Shown here one piece after another: positions 50,500 to 64,000 of a DNA stretch of 64,000 nucleotides; the first letter of the stretch is position 1, and every line of letters begins with the position of its first letter. Under the pieces are notes generated by a model that ran no database searches, was not told where the DNA came from, and saw only the letters and a program-made list of their open reading frames with translations. A program made the translations under genes and the position numbers. This DNA comes from Mobula hypostoma (taxonomy: Eukaryota). The stretch spans positions 247,258,001 through 247,322,000 of the forward strand of contig NC_086097.1 in the NCBI RefSeq assembly GCF_963921235.1. Reading direction: 5' to 3'.

Positions 50500-51128
50500 A
50501 TTTAGACTATTTTCTAAACAGTGGGAAAATTAAAAAATCTGAGGAACAAAGGGATTTGGAATCCTCATGCAGGATTCCCTGAAGGTTAATTTGCAGGTTG
50601 AGACAGTGGTAACAAACGCAAATGCAATGTTGGCATTCATTTCAAGAAGTCTAGAATGTAAAAGGAAAGATGGAATTCTGAGGCTTTTAAAGCACTGCTG
50701 AGGCCTCGCTTAGAGTATTATGAGCAGCTTTTGGCCTCTTATCTAAGAAAAGATGTGCCGGCATTGGAGAGAGTCCAGAGGAGGTTCACAAGAATAATTC
50801 CAGGAATGACAAGGATGATGTTTGAGGAGTGTTTGATGGCTCAGCATTTGTACTCACTGGAGAAAAAGGGGAGGATCTCATTGAAACCCATCGAATATTA
50901 AAAGGCCTTGATAGAGTGGATGTGGAGACGATGTTTCCTATAATGAGTGAGTCCAGGAATGGAGGGCACTGCCTTGGAATTGAGGGACATCCCTTTAGAA
51001 CAGAGGTGAGGAGGAATTTCTTTTGCCTGAGGACGGTGAAACTGTGGAATTCATTGCCACAGATGGCTGTGGACACCAAGTCATTGGTTATACTTAAAGT
51101 GGAGATTGATAGGTTCTTGATTAGTGAG
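50500..51128 (+). mobile_element. Decayed CR1 fragment
   Basis: DLIETHRILKGLDRVDVE...RRNFFCLRTVKLWNSLP. Confidence 0.85.
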
Positions 51129-51409
51129 AGCTAGTCAAAGTAAATTTATTACCAAAGTACATATATGTCACCAGATGCTGAAAATCCAGAGTAACACATG
51201 CAAAATGCTGGAGGAACTCAGCAGGTCAAGCAGCATAAACTGTTGATATTTCTGGCCAAGATCCTTCATTAGGAGTGGAAAGGAAGGGGGAAGATGCCAG
51301 CAGTAAAAGGTTTGGGGAGGGAAGGAGGATTAACTAGAAGGTGATATGTGAAGCCAGGTGGGTGGGAAAGAGAAAGGGCTGCAGAGGAAGAAATCTGATA
51401 GGAGAGAAG

Positions 51410-53114
51410 CATCAGTCTTCACTGTGGAAACCACTAGCAGTATGGTGGAAGTTCCAGGTGTCTGGGGTATGAAGTGTGTGAAGTTACCATAACTAGAGAG
51501 AAGGTTCTTGGGAAACTGAAAGGTCTGAAGGTAGATAAGTCACCTCAACCAGATGGTGTACACCCCAGGGTTCTGAAAGAGGTGGCTGAAGAGATTGTGG
51601 AGGTATTAGTAATGCTCTTTCAAGAATCACTAGATCCTGGAATGGATCCAGAAGACTGGAAAATTGCAAATGCCACTCCACTCTTCAAGAAGGGAAAGAG
51701 GCAGAAGAAAGGAAAGTATAGGCCAGTTATTCTGACCTCAGTGATTGGGTTGATGTTTGAGTTGATTATTAAGGATGAGGTTTCAGGGGACTTGGAGGCA
51801 CATGGTAAAATAGAGCATTGTCAGCATGGTTTCCTCAAGGGAAAATCTAGCCTGACAACTCTGTTCGAATTCTTTGGAGAAATAACAAGCAGGATAGACA
51901 AAGGAGAATTGGTTGATATTGTGTACTTGGATTTTCAGAAGGCCTTTGACAGGGTGCCACACATGAGCTGCTTAACAAGCTACGAGCCCCTGGTATTACA
52001 GGAAAGATTCTAGCATGGATCAAGCAGTGGCTGACTGGCAGGAGGCAAAGAGTGGGAATAAAGGGAGCCTTCTCTGTCTGGCTGCTAGTGACTAGTGGTG
52101 TTCCACAGGGACCTTTTTACATTATTCTTTTACATTATTTGTCAATGATTTGAAAGATGGAATTGATGGCTTTGATGAAAAGTTTGTAAATGATATGAAG
52201 ATAGTGGAGGGGAAGGTAGTTTTGAGGAAGTAGAGAGGCTACAGAAGGGTGTAGACAGATTAGGAGAATGGGCAAAGAAGTGGCAGATGGAATACAATGT
52301 TGGGAAGTGTATAGTCATGCACTTTCGTAAAAGAAGTGAAAGGGTTGGCTATTTTCTAAATGGAGAGAAAATACAAAAAAACTGAGGTGCAAAGGGACTT
52401 GGGAGTCCTTGTGCAGGATTCCCTAAAGATTAATTTGCAGGCTGAGTCTGCGGTGAGGAAGGAAAATCCAATGTTAGCATTTATTTCAAGAGGATTAGAA
52501 TAGAAAAGTAAGGATGTAATGTTGAGATTTTATAAAGCACTACTGAGGCCTCACTTGGAGCATTATGAGCAGGATTGGAATCTTTATCTTAGAATGGATG
52601 TGTTGAAACTGGAGAGGGTTCAAAGAAGGCTCATGAAAATTTCGCAGGATTGAATGGCTTGTCATATGAAGAACATTTGATGGCTCTGGGCCTGTATTCA
52701 CTTGAATTCAGGAGAATGAGGGGTGACCTCATTGAAACCTATTGAATGGTGAAGGCCTTGATAGAGTGGATGTGGAGAGGATGTTTCCTGTGGTGGGAGA
52801 GTCTAAGACCAGAGGATCTAGCCTGAGAATAGAGGGGCATCCGTTTAGAACAGAGGTGAGAAGGAATTTCTTTAGCCAGAGAGTGATGAATCTGTGGAAT
52901 TCCTTGCCACAGGCAGCTGTGAAGGCTAAGTTAGGGGTTATATTTAAGGCAGAGATTGATAGATTCCCGAATGGTCAGGGCATGAAGAGATATGGGAAGA
53001 AGGCGGGAGATTGGGGCTGAATAGAAAATTGGATCAGCCATGATGAGATGGTGGGGCAGACTCAATGGGCTAAATTGTCTAATTCTGCTCCTATATCTCA
53101 TGGTCTTATGGTCT
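51410..53114 (+). mobile_element. Decayed CR1 LINE (most of RT plus 3'UTR)
   Basis: KSPQPDGVHPRVLKE, DWKIANATPLFKKG, QHGFLKGKS and YLDFQKAFD, with several frameshifts. Confidence 0.92.
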
Positions 53115-53559
53115 AAGTGTGGACCATCGGAAAAAGGGAAGAAGTAGGGACAGCAGGGGCAGGTGATTGGCTGGTAAGGAGAAGTTAGAAGCCATAGCGG
53201 GAAAAAGAAGAATAGGGAAGGGGAGGGTGGAAGAGAAATCAATGTCCATGCCATCCAGTTGGAGGGTACCTAGACAGAAAATGAGGTGTTGCTCTGGTAC
53301 CATCGTGCCAAGTGAGGAGGCCATGGGCCAACATGTCAGAACAGGAATGGGTATAGGAATTAAAATGGCTGGTCACTGGGAAATTCCACTTTCAGCAGAT
53401 GGAGCGGAGATACTCGGCAAAGCTGTTCCCCCAACGTGTGTCAGGTCTCACCAATCTCCCACTGTAGGAAGGAGGTTGAGACTTTTAGCCCACGCAGAAG
53501 TGGTTTACCAGGATGCCGCCTCTGCAACCATGAGAGGCTGGATAAACTAGGGCGGTTTT

Positions 53560-55993
53560 CTCTGGTTTGCTGGAGCCAAAGGGACATCTGATAGAGGTTT
53601 ATCAGATTATGAGAGCCATAGATAGAGTAGACAAGGAGTATCTGTTCCCCAGGGTTGAAATGTCTAACGCTGGAGGTGAGAGGAGGTGGGTTCAAGGGGG
53701 AATGTGAGGGGTAAGATTTTTATTCAGTGAGTGGTGGGTGTCTGGAATGAGCTGTCTGGTATGATGGTAGAGGCAGATACACTGGAGGCTTTGAAGAGAT
53801 ATTTGGATAGGCACATGAATGTAAGGAAAATAGAGGAATATGGACATGGAATAGGTAGAAGAGATTAGTGTTTAGGTTTTTTGATTTACTTTTTATTTGG
53901 TTTGACACGGTATTGTGGGCTGAAGTGCCTGTTCCTGTGCTGTACCCTTGTAACCAACGCAGAGGAGGCCACACCGAGCACAGGATACAATAGATTCGAA
54001 GGTGAAGCGTTGCCTCAGCTGGAGGGACTGTTTGGGGCCCTGCCTTGAGGTAAGGGAGGAGGTTAGAATAATTTATTATTAATATAGCTCCAGGCAGCCC
54101 AGAAAGACGATATAGGTTTAAATATTCCTTCAATACCTCTAGTTCATTTTAAACTCGTTTCCTGAAACAATCGGATACTACTTTTCCTGCAATGTGAGAA
54201 TAGACTTTATAACCATATAATCATATAACAATTACAGCACGGAAGTAGGCCATGTCGGCCCTTCTAGTCCGTGCCGAACTCTTACTCTCACCTAGTCCCA
54301 CTGACCTGCACTCAGCCCATAACCCTCCATTTCCTTCCTGTCCATATATCTAACCAATTTAACTTTAAATGACAACATCGAACCTGCCCCAACTACTTCT
54401 GTTGGAAGCTCGTTCCACACAGCCACAACTCTCTGAGTAAAGAAGTTCCCCCTCATGTTACTCCTAAACTTTTGCCCTTTAACTCTCAACTCTCAACCTC
54501 CCCCACTCTCAATGGAAAAAGCCTATCCACCTCAACTCTATCAATCCTCCTTATAATTTTAAACACCTCTATCAAGTCCCCTCTCAACCTTCTACGCTCC
54601 CAAGAATAAAGACCTTTAACAGGGTTTGAACTGGCATTTTTATCAATGCTGTATGGATAATAACCATTCCTGCATACTGTATTAGAACATAGAACATGGA
54701 ACAGTACAGCACTGTGCAGGCTGTTCAGCACACATGATATTGTACCAACCTTTAAGATCAATCTAACCCTTCCATCCTACATTGCCCTCCGTTGTTCTGT
54801 CATCCATGTGCCTATCTTAATTGTCCCTAATAATCTGCCTCTACCACCACCCCTGGTAGCATGTTTCTTGTGCCCTCCACTCTTCATAAAAAATCCTATT
54901 TCTGACGTTTCTCCTGTACATTTCTCCATTCACCTTAACATCATGCCCGCCTGTATGAGCTATTTATGCCCTGGGAAACAGTCTCTGGCTCTCCATTCAA
55001 CCTATACCTCTTATAAGATCATTAGCCACCCTCTAGCGAAAGAAATTCCCCCTCACCTCTTTTCTTAAGGGATGCTCTTGTATTCTGAGGCTGTGCCCTC
55101 TGGGTCCTAGCTCCCCTGCTATAGGAAACATCCTCTCCATGTCCACTTCCAATATTTGATAAGTTTCAATGAGATCCCTCTCAATCTTCTAAACTCCAGT
55201 GACTGCAGGCCCAGAGCCATGAAACACTCCTGATACATTCATCCTGAAATTCCCAGGATAGTTTTTGTGAAACTCCTCTGACCCTCTGAAATGGCAGCAT
55301 ATCCTGTTTCAGATATGGCACCCGAAACTTCCCACAACACTCCAGGGGCAGTCTGACCAATGCCTTATAAAAACCTAGAATTCTTTCCTTTCTTTTAAAG
55401 ATTCAAGGATTGAAAGTACATTTATTATCAAAGAACATACGGTTTATAATGCTGAGATTCATCTTCTCCTCAGACAGCCACGAAACAAAGAGGAGCCATG
55501 GAATCAACCCATTTATAGAAAAAGAAAATATCACATGCAAAAATAAATAAATCGCTAAAATGTCAACAATATTCTCGTATTCTATTCTAGTATTATATTC
55601 CAATCCTCTCGAAATGATTGCTAAGATCGCACATGCCTTCCTTACCACTGATTAACTCTAAGGGAATCCCGCACTTGAACTCACAAGTCCTTTGGCACCT
55701 CAGATCTTTGAATTCGCTTCCCATTTAGAAAATATTCTACATCAGCATTTCCCCAGTTATTTCAATGTAATGCAATGACTTGGAAAACAGAAGTTCCTGT
55801 GGTATAGGACTCTGCAGATTTTATCTACACTTAGACCATAAGACCATAATGTATAGGAGCAGAATTAGACAATCTAGCCCATTGAGCCTGCTCCACCATT
55901 TCATTATGGTAGATCTAATTTTCCTCTCAGCCCCAATTTTGTGCCTTCTTCCTGTATCCCTTCATGCCCTGACCAATCAAGATTCTATCAACC
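53560..55993. mobile_element. Cluster of decayed CR1 3' fragments in both orientations
   Basis: For example ORF 54292-54489(-) GNFFTQRVVAVWNELP, and similar fragments nearby. Confidence 0.75.
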
Positions 55994-58900
55994 GCCGGTA
56001 AAGTCATTGTCCAGAATGGCAGCTTAAATCCAGCGGAAAAAGGCATATATTGCCCCGTTAATCCATCAAATATAAGATCTTTCGAAAATATCTGAATTGA
56101 TAAGGAGGACAAGAATGGGGAAAAAGCATGGAGATAAAAAAGCATCACTGCGGAGCCGATGGACAAGAGGCCTGCAACGTGTGGCTCTCCTACCCGAACG
56201 CGTGCTAGCGAGGCTGATGCGGGGCCTCGCTCAGGCGAAGCGGCAAATATGATAATAATTCTGGAAGAAATACAGGGATTCCAAAAAGAGATAAAATGAT
56301 ATCAATGATATCAAGTCAGAGCTCGCCAACGTCAATCAAAAAATAGCGGTGGCAGAGACACGAATTGAGAAGGTGGAAGATCGCATGCAAAACGTGGAAC
56401 GGATACTAAGTAAGGTGATAAAAATATTAAATCAACAAGAAAGTAAATTGATTGACCAGGAGGGAAGATCATGACGGAAAAATATCAGGCTATACGATGT
56501 TCGCAAAGGAGCGGAGGGTTTGTCTATGACGGAGTATGTAGGAAAGTTGCTGTGGGACATGCTAGAGATTCCCTCCACTATGGAGCTTGAAATTGAGAGA
56601 GTGCATTGTGCGCTTGTCCCGAGGCCTACTGGAGACAGAGACGATAAGCCACACTCAATAGTAATTAGATTCCTTCGATACAATACCAAGGCGGAGATTC
56701 TACGAAGGGCCTGGGGTAAGAAGAGGATGTTTTTGGATGGGAAATTAATATATTTCAATCAAGATTACTCCCCGGTGGTCCTGCAGAAATGTAAAGAATA
56801 CTCTGCAGTAAAGTCAATATTAAAGCAAGGAAAGATTAGATTCCAAACGCCGTACCTTGCTAAACTGCGGGTGTTTTATGAGGATGGTATGCAACTGTAT
56901 CAGACAGTGGAAGAGGCGACTACAGACATGAGGAACAGAGGGCAGCCCGTCAGCGTGATCAAACCGAGGGAAAGCCTGGCTGAGCAGCTATCCCGATCTG
57001 CTTGGGAAATAGTAAGAGAACCAAGAAAGCAGGGGATGGGAGGAGGGCAAGAGAATATCAGGAAGAGACTGTGAGTTTTCCAAAGACAACTCTCACCCCC
57101 TCCAGAAGAGCCATAAGGTTTGGCTAACTTTAAAAGTGTTGATAAGATAAACGGAAGCAAAAATAGATGATGTTATACCTATTTCAAGAAATACTTATTA
57201 TAATGTGGATTTTATATTACTCAATTTTTTAAAATTCATTCATTCACTCCTTTTTCCTCACCTAAATGAGAATATATATATATATATATATATAATATGG
57301 GAAGAATACACAGGGAAATCTTTTCTGTGTAATGGACATAGACGTTCACTTACTTTTATGGGTACTGTAATGGGAGCCCCCAACTCACAGGGAGGAGGGA
57401 CTATCCCCCATGGCTAGACGTTTCCTCTAGCTCAACCCAGGGTCATCTACCAGAGACCTCAGCCTTGGAATCACACCTTCGTTGCCTTTCTTTTTATTAT
57501 TCATGTTTCTTGGTTCTTATTTGTTCAGGGAGTAGTTTATTCTGCTAATTTCAATGATATATTGACAGATAAATACACACGGTTAAGGACAAAGTAAAAT
57601 TCATTTCTTTTAATTTCAATGGGCTGTTAAATCCAATCAAACACAGTAATATTCTATCCAAAATGAAAAAAGGAACAAGCCCATGTAGTATATTTACAGG
57701 AAACTCACAAGTGATAATGAGCATGGAAAACTAATGAGAATGGGTTTCACTAATTTGCTTTTCTCCTCATATAAATCAGGACATAGGAGAGGAGTTGCTA
57801 TTCTCATCTCAAGTAAGCTAAATTTTGAAAAAGTATTGGAAATGGGAGATAAGGAGGGCAGATATATTCTGGTAAGGGGGAATATAGATGGAAATTCAGT
57901 TACTCTATTGAATATATACGCACCCCCAGGAAGTGATATTAGTTTCTTCCAGAAAATTACTAATATTATGGTAACAGAAACAGAAGGTCTCCTGATATGT
58001 GGGGGAGACTTAAATTTACAATTACAACCAAAGTTAGACTCTTCCAATAGAAAAAACTATGAAACAAAATCCTTACGTAAGAGAGTTAATACACTTTTTG
58101 AGGATGTTAGTTTAATTGATATATGGAGGGACCTCTTCCCCGACAGAAGGGATTACACTCATTATTCTGCCACCCATTCTGTATATACAAGAATAGACTA
58201 TTTCATAACATTTGGAAAAGACAAAGACAAAATAAACACCTGTGGAATTGGGACAATAGATGTAAGCGACCATGCACCTATATATTTATCTGTTGATTTT
58301 GACCTACAACCAAAGAACACTATTTGGAAACTAAATTCAAGTCTACTCAATGATCCCTATTTTAAGGAACAAATTAAAAAAACAAATTGGTCTTTACTTA
58401 GAATTCAATGATAATGAAGAGGTTCCACCTCCCATTCTGTGGGATACATTGAAGGCGGTCTTAAGAGGGAAAATTATAGCGATATCTTCATATAAGAAAA
58501 AAATAAGGAATAAAACATTAGAGGAATTACAAAATAGGCTGAAGGAACTAGAAAAAAACACAAGTTGAATTTGGCACAGGATACATTAGAGGAAATTTTA
58601 AAAAATAGGAATTAAATTAATAGTTTGGCTACACAAGAAATCAGGAAAACTTTGTTTCTGAAACAGAGACATTATGAAAGTGGATCTAAATCTATGAAAA
58701 TACTGGCGTGTAAACTGAAGAAAAACATAACAAAAAATACAATTCATAGAATTTGGGATCCTAGAACAAAAATGATAAAAAAAATAAGCTATGTGAAATT
58801 CAAGCTTTTGAAGTGTTTTACAAAACTCTATATTCCAAAGTTGCAGGGGGAAGCATAACCCAAGTTGACACTTTCCTGAATTCTCTAGAGTTACCCACTT

Positions 58901-60162
58901 TAAGCAAAGAACAAAATAGAACGATGACTGCTGGCATAACTGAAGTTGAACTAAAAGCTGCAATTAGTAGGCTTAAATTAAGCAAGTCACCAGGTTCAGA
59001 TGGGTATATGGCAGAGTGGTAAAAGAATTTAAAAATGAGTTAATTCCTGTTTTACTCCCCACACTGAACTGGGCTCTAAAAAAGGCACAAATGCCCCCCA
59101 GCTGGAAGGAGGCGATAATCTCAGCTATACCGAAAGAAGGCAAGGATAAAATGGAATGTGGGTCATTTAGACCAATATCCATTCTTAATGTAGATAATAG
59201 ATTATTTACCTCCATCATGGCCAAACAATTAGAAGAGTTTCTACCCATACCGATACATAAGGATCAGGCAAGTTTTATACAACAACGCCAAACACAAGAC
59301 AATATACGAGGGACACTTCACATTATGGATCATATACAACAATATAAAATCAAAGCAATAGTGATAAGCGTGGATGCTGAAAAGGCATTTGATTCGGTTA
59401 ATTGGAATTTTCTTTACAGAGTTTTACATACATTGGTTTCCATGAAACAATTATTAAAAGTATACAGGCACTATATGACAATCCTACTGCCAGGATTAAA
59501 ATCAATGGATATTTATCAAATAGCTTTACCCTAGAAAGGGGCAGGAGACAAGGTTGTGCATGGTCACCGCTACTCTTCGCATTATATCTGGAACCATTAG
59601 CTCAATACATCTGACAAAATGAAGATATCACGGGAATTACTATTAAAGAGACAGAGCATAAATTGGCCTGTTACGCCGATGACATTTTGATCTATCTAGG
59701 GCAACCAACATACTCTTTACCTAAATTGATGCAATCCTTTGAACAATATGGTCAATTATCAGGATACAAGATCAACATAGATAAAACCCAATTACTTTCC
59801 TATAACCATAGCTTACCAAGAGAAATTGAAAATAGATATCCCTGGGCATGGCAAACAGAGTCTTTCAAATATTTGGGCATCATTATGCCAAAAGATTTGT
59901 CAAAATTATCAGAATGCATTTATCAGCCTTTATGTGAAAAAATTAAGGAAGATATAACAAGATGGAACCTAATTCCTTTTTTAGTCTCAGTTCAAGGATT
60001 GAATCTATTAAAATGAATATATTGCCCAGACTATTATATCTCTTTTAGACCCTACCAATAGAGATTAATCAGAATCAATTCAATGAATGGAACAAAATGT
60101 TATCAAGATACATATGACAAGGTAGAAGGCCTAGAGTTCATCTCAAAACTTTGCAATTAGCC

Positions 60163-63017
60163 TTCCCCCCGAATATGGAGATGAAATAGAAAGGGCGCAC
60201 CGTTCTCTCGCCGAGCGGCCAGCCGGAGACAGACAATGTAAACCGCGATCCATTGTACCAAAATTTCTCCGATTCAAGAGCAAGGCGGAGATTCTTTGAA
60301 GGGCCTGGGGTAAGAAGAGGGTTTTTTGGAATGGGAAGTTAATATACTTTGATCATGATTACCCCCCTGGCGGTTCTACAGAAACGGAAGGAGTATTCCG
60401 AAGCGAAACGAATATTAAAGGAAGAAAAGATTAAATTTCAAACCCCGTACCCTGCTAAACTGAGGGTATTTTACCAAGAAAGGATACAACTGTACCAGAC
60501 GGTGGAAGAGGCAACTACAGACATGAACAACAGAGGACTGCCCATTAGCGTGGTCAAACCAAGGGAAAGTCTGGCTGAGCAGTTATCCCGATCTGCTTGG
60601 GAAATAGTAAGAGAACCGAGAAAGCAGGGGACAGGAACAGGACGAGAGAGGGATATTAGGAAGAGACTGTGAGTTCTCTGAAGACAACCCTCACCTTCTC
60701 CAGAAGAGCCATAAGGTTTGGCTAACTTTAAAAGTGCTGATAAACCAAACGGAAGCAAAAATAGACGGTGATATACCTATCTCGAGAAATACGTGTTATA
60801 ATGTGGTTTTTATATTACTGAATTTTTAAAAAATTCATTTATTCATTTCTTTTCCCCCACCTAAATGAGAACATATACGTGGGAGGAATACACAGGGAAA
60901 TCATTTCTGTGCAATGGACATAGTTCTTTTTACCTACTTTTATAGGTACTGCAATGGGGGCCCTCAACCCACAGGTAGGAGGGACTATCACCCACGGCTG
61001 GACTTTTCTTCTAGCCCAATCCAGGGTCATCTAGAGACCCCAGCCTTGGCACCACACCTTCCTTACCCTTCTTTTTTTTATTCACTTTTCTTGGTTCTTA
61101 TAGAAACATAGAAAATAGGTGCAGGAGTAGGCCATTCGGCCCTTCGAGCCTGCACCGCCATTCGGTATGATCATGGCTGATCATCCAACTCAGAACCCTG
61201 TACCTGCCTTCTCTCCATACCCCCTGATCCCTTTAGCCACAAGGGCCATATCTAACTCTCTCTTAAATATAGCCAATGAACTGGCCTCAACTGTTTCCTG
61301 TGGCAGAGAATTCCACAGATTCACCACTCTCTGTGTGAAGAAGTTTTTCCTCATCTCGGTCCTAAAAGGCTTCCCCTTTATCCTCAAACTGTGACCCCTC
61401 GTTCTGGACTTCCCCAACATTGGGAACAATCTTCCTGCATCTAGCCTGTCCAATCCCTTTAGAATTTTATACGTTTCAATAAGATCCCCCCTCAATCTTC
61501 TAAATTCCAACGAGTACAAGCCCAGTTCATCCAGTCTTTCATCATATGAAAGTCCTGCCATCCCAGGAATCAATCTGGTGAACCTTCTTTGTACTCCCTC
61601 TATGACAAGGATGTCTTTCCTCAGATTAGGGGACCAAAACTGCACACAATATTCCAGGTGTGGTCTCACCAAGGCCTTGTACAACTGCAGTAGAACCTCC
61701 CTGCTCCTGTACTCCAATCCTCTTGCTATGAATGCCAGCATACCATTCGCCTTTTTCACCGCCTGCTGTACCTGCATGCCCACTTTCAATGACTGGTGTA
61801 CAATGACACCCAGGTCTCGTTGCACCTCCCCTGTTCCTAATTGGCCACCATTCAGATAATAATCTGTTTTCCTGTTCTTGTCACCAAAGTGGATAACCTC
61901 ACATTTATCCATATTAAATTGCATCTGCCATGAATTTGCCCACTCACCTAACCTATCCAAGTCACCCTGCATCATCTTTGCATCCTCCTAGCATCCTCCT
62001 CACAGCTAACACTGCCGCCCAGCTTTGTGTCATCCGCAAACTTGGAAATACTGCATTTAATTCCCTCGTCTAAGTCATTAATATATATTGTAAACGACTG
62101 GGTCCCAGCACTGAGCCTTGCAGTACCCCACTAGTCACTGCCTGCCATTCTGAAAAGGTCCTGTTTATTCCCACTCTTTGCTTCCTGTCTGCCAACCAAT
62201 TCTCTATCCACATCAAAACCATACCCCCAATACTGTGTGCTTTAAGTCTGCACACTAATCTCCTGTGTGGGACCTTGTCAAAAGCCTTTTGAAAATCGAA
62301 ATATACCACATCCACTGGTTCTCCCCTATCCACTCTGCTAGTTACATCCTCAGAAAATTCTATGAGATTCGTCAGACATGATTTTCCTTTCACAAATCCA
62401 TGCTGACTTTGTCCGATGATTTCACCGCTTTCCAAATGTGCTGTTATCACATCTTTCTTTATTTGTTTAGGGAGTAGATCAATTAAGTTCTATTCTGCAA
62501 ATTTCAATGATATACTGACTTAGAGAGCAAGACCATATATTTTGGGTATATACCTCTAGAATGGTTGAAAAGAGATAAATATAAATATCTAATGAATGTA
62601 CTGCTGATGGCTGGTAATGGTTATCTCAGGAGAGCCCAACTTTAAATGTATGGATGGAAATTACAATGGACATTTACAAAATGGAGACGATAACAACATC
62701 TGTTAATCATAAGTTGGAACAATTTTACTCATACTGAAAAAAATGGTTTAACTACATAACGTCTTATAGGCCTGATTTTATTCTCACAATCAATGAATAT
62801 GTTGTTTAAAAAAATCACTCCCTACTCTGTACATAGTTTTCTTCTTTCGATTGTTCTTTCTTTTCTCTTCTTTTTATAAGAGTATACTTCAGATAAATAT
62901 TATGTGGAGATTTGTGACAAATATGATTATGATATATATGTACAGTATCTGAAATACATCTTATGGAAATGTTTGTTTGATGATGAAATTCAATAAAAAA
63001 TAAATTACAAAAAAAAT
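60163..63017 (+). mobile_element. L1 derivative lacking nearly all of ORF2, inserted into the L1 above
   Basis: ORF1 3' half plus spacer is joined at ~62519 to the extreme ORF2 end and 3'UTR, then AATAAA and poly(A). 14-bp TSD CTTTGCAATTAGCC at 60149-60162 and 63018-63031. Confidence 0.88.
61100..62453 (-). mobile_element. Young 5'-truncated CR1 nested in the L1 derivative
   Basis: ORFs 62070-62450 and 61190-61975. High identity to 30298-31583. Confidence 0.95.
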
Positions 63018-64000
63018 CTTTGCAATTAGCCAAGGAGGCCTACCTTCTCTTAGAGATTATTATTTTGCAGCACAGTTGAGAGCGGTGATATGCTGGTGCA
63101 ACCCGTCATATGATGCTCAATGGAAAAACATTGAGGAGAGGATACTTCCCATCCCCATACAGGAAATTTTGGCTGATAACAATGTACAAAGGTACATAAA
63201 TACTATTGATAATCCGTGGGTGAAATGGACTCTTAAAATATGGAAAACTATTATAAAAGAATATAAAATAGAGGGAGATATTGCAATTCTTAAATGGTGT
63301 GCATATGACTCGGATCTTACGCAGAATAAGCTGGATGCTAGATTTAAGGAGTGGACAGCTAAAGGAATAACAGTTCTTTGCAATATAATGAAAGACGGAA
63401 CATTGCTCAGTTTTGAAATGCTTAAAGAGAGACACTTATTAGAAAAACAAGACTTCTATCGGTATCTACAGATGTGACATTATGTTAATAGGAGGGTTAA
63501 AAATGTAACCAAGGCAAGTACATGTTTGATAGAGCTATTTAGAAAAGCATATAATCAGATAACGGTAGTAGAATCATTTCGAGCGTGTAAAAGGGTTTGT
63601 CAAATCTTAAAACACATTTGACTTCATACATTAAAGCAAAATGGGAGAAGGAAGGAGGGATAATTATATTTGAGGAAGAATGGACAATATAATGGAGGTA
63701 TCAATGGAAGTGTACCTGTTCACAGAAATGGAGGGAGTCTGGATGGAAAAACTTGATAAGGTATTTTATTACACCCTCTCAGATATCCCATTATTATAGT
63801 AACCTCCCTGTTTGCTGGAGAATTTGTGGAAATCAAAATGCAAACCATCATCATATTTTCTGGGATTGCCCCGTTATCAAAGACTATTGGAGTGGGATAC
63901 ACAATGCCCTACAAGACATTTTTAAATGTGAAATACCCTTAGAAAGAAAGACCATATATTTTCGGTATGTACCTCAAGAATGGTAGAAAAGAGATAAATA

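Larger units (their letters stand above)
55994..64000 (+). mobile_element. Near full-length decayed L1-clade LINE, interrupted at 60163-63031 and running off the window end
   Basis: ORF1 ~56115-57074 (LEIERVH...IVIRFLRY...IYFNQDYS). ORF2 from ~57579 has APE motifs (NIYAP, GGDLN, TRIDY, SDHAP), RT motifs (DAEKAFD, RQGC, YADD) and a CCHC knuckle (CWRICG...HIFWDC). Many stops and frameshifts. Confidence 0.95.

Overview
Repeat-dense vertebrate genomic DNA. The CR1 / Rex1-Babar / V-SINE / Penelope repertoire suggests a cartilaginous fish such as a ray, which is an inference. The only host coding sequence I can support is one 114-nt minus-strand exon (26030-26143) that I recognise as POU6F2-like, so the whole window is probably intronic in that gene. 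The rest is decayed or nested retroelements (CR1, Rex1/Babar, L1, Penelope-like, RTE-derived, SINEs), hAT and Tc1 relics, a ~0.9-kb TG microsatellite and short unique islands. The most notable structures are: (1) a Penelope-like (GIY-YIG) family whose 3' end carries a minimal type-I hammerhead ribozyme, with about 8 recognisable cores on both strands, one head-to-tail pair and four fold-back insertions; (2) an L1 derivative lacking almost all of ORF2 but with its own poly(A) and TSD, inside a four-layer nest; (3) a young CR1 interrupted by an inverted near-identical copy of itself; (4) degenerate twister-like motifs in two RTE-like elements; (5) a palindromic POU6-type motif in a repeat-free intronic island. 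Most repeat boundaries were set by eye and are approximate. No database searches or folding programs were run.
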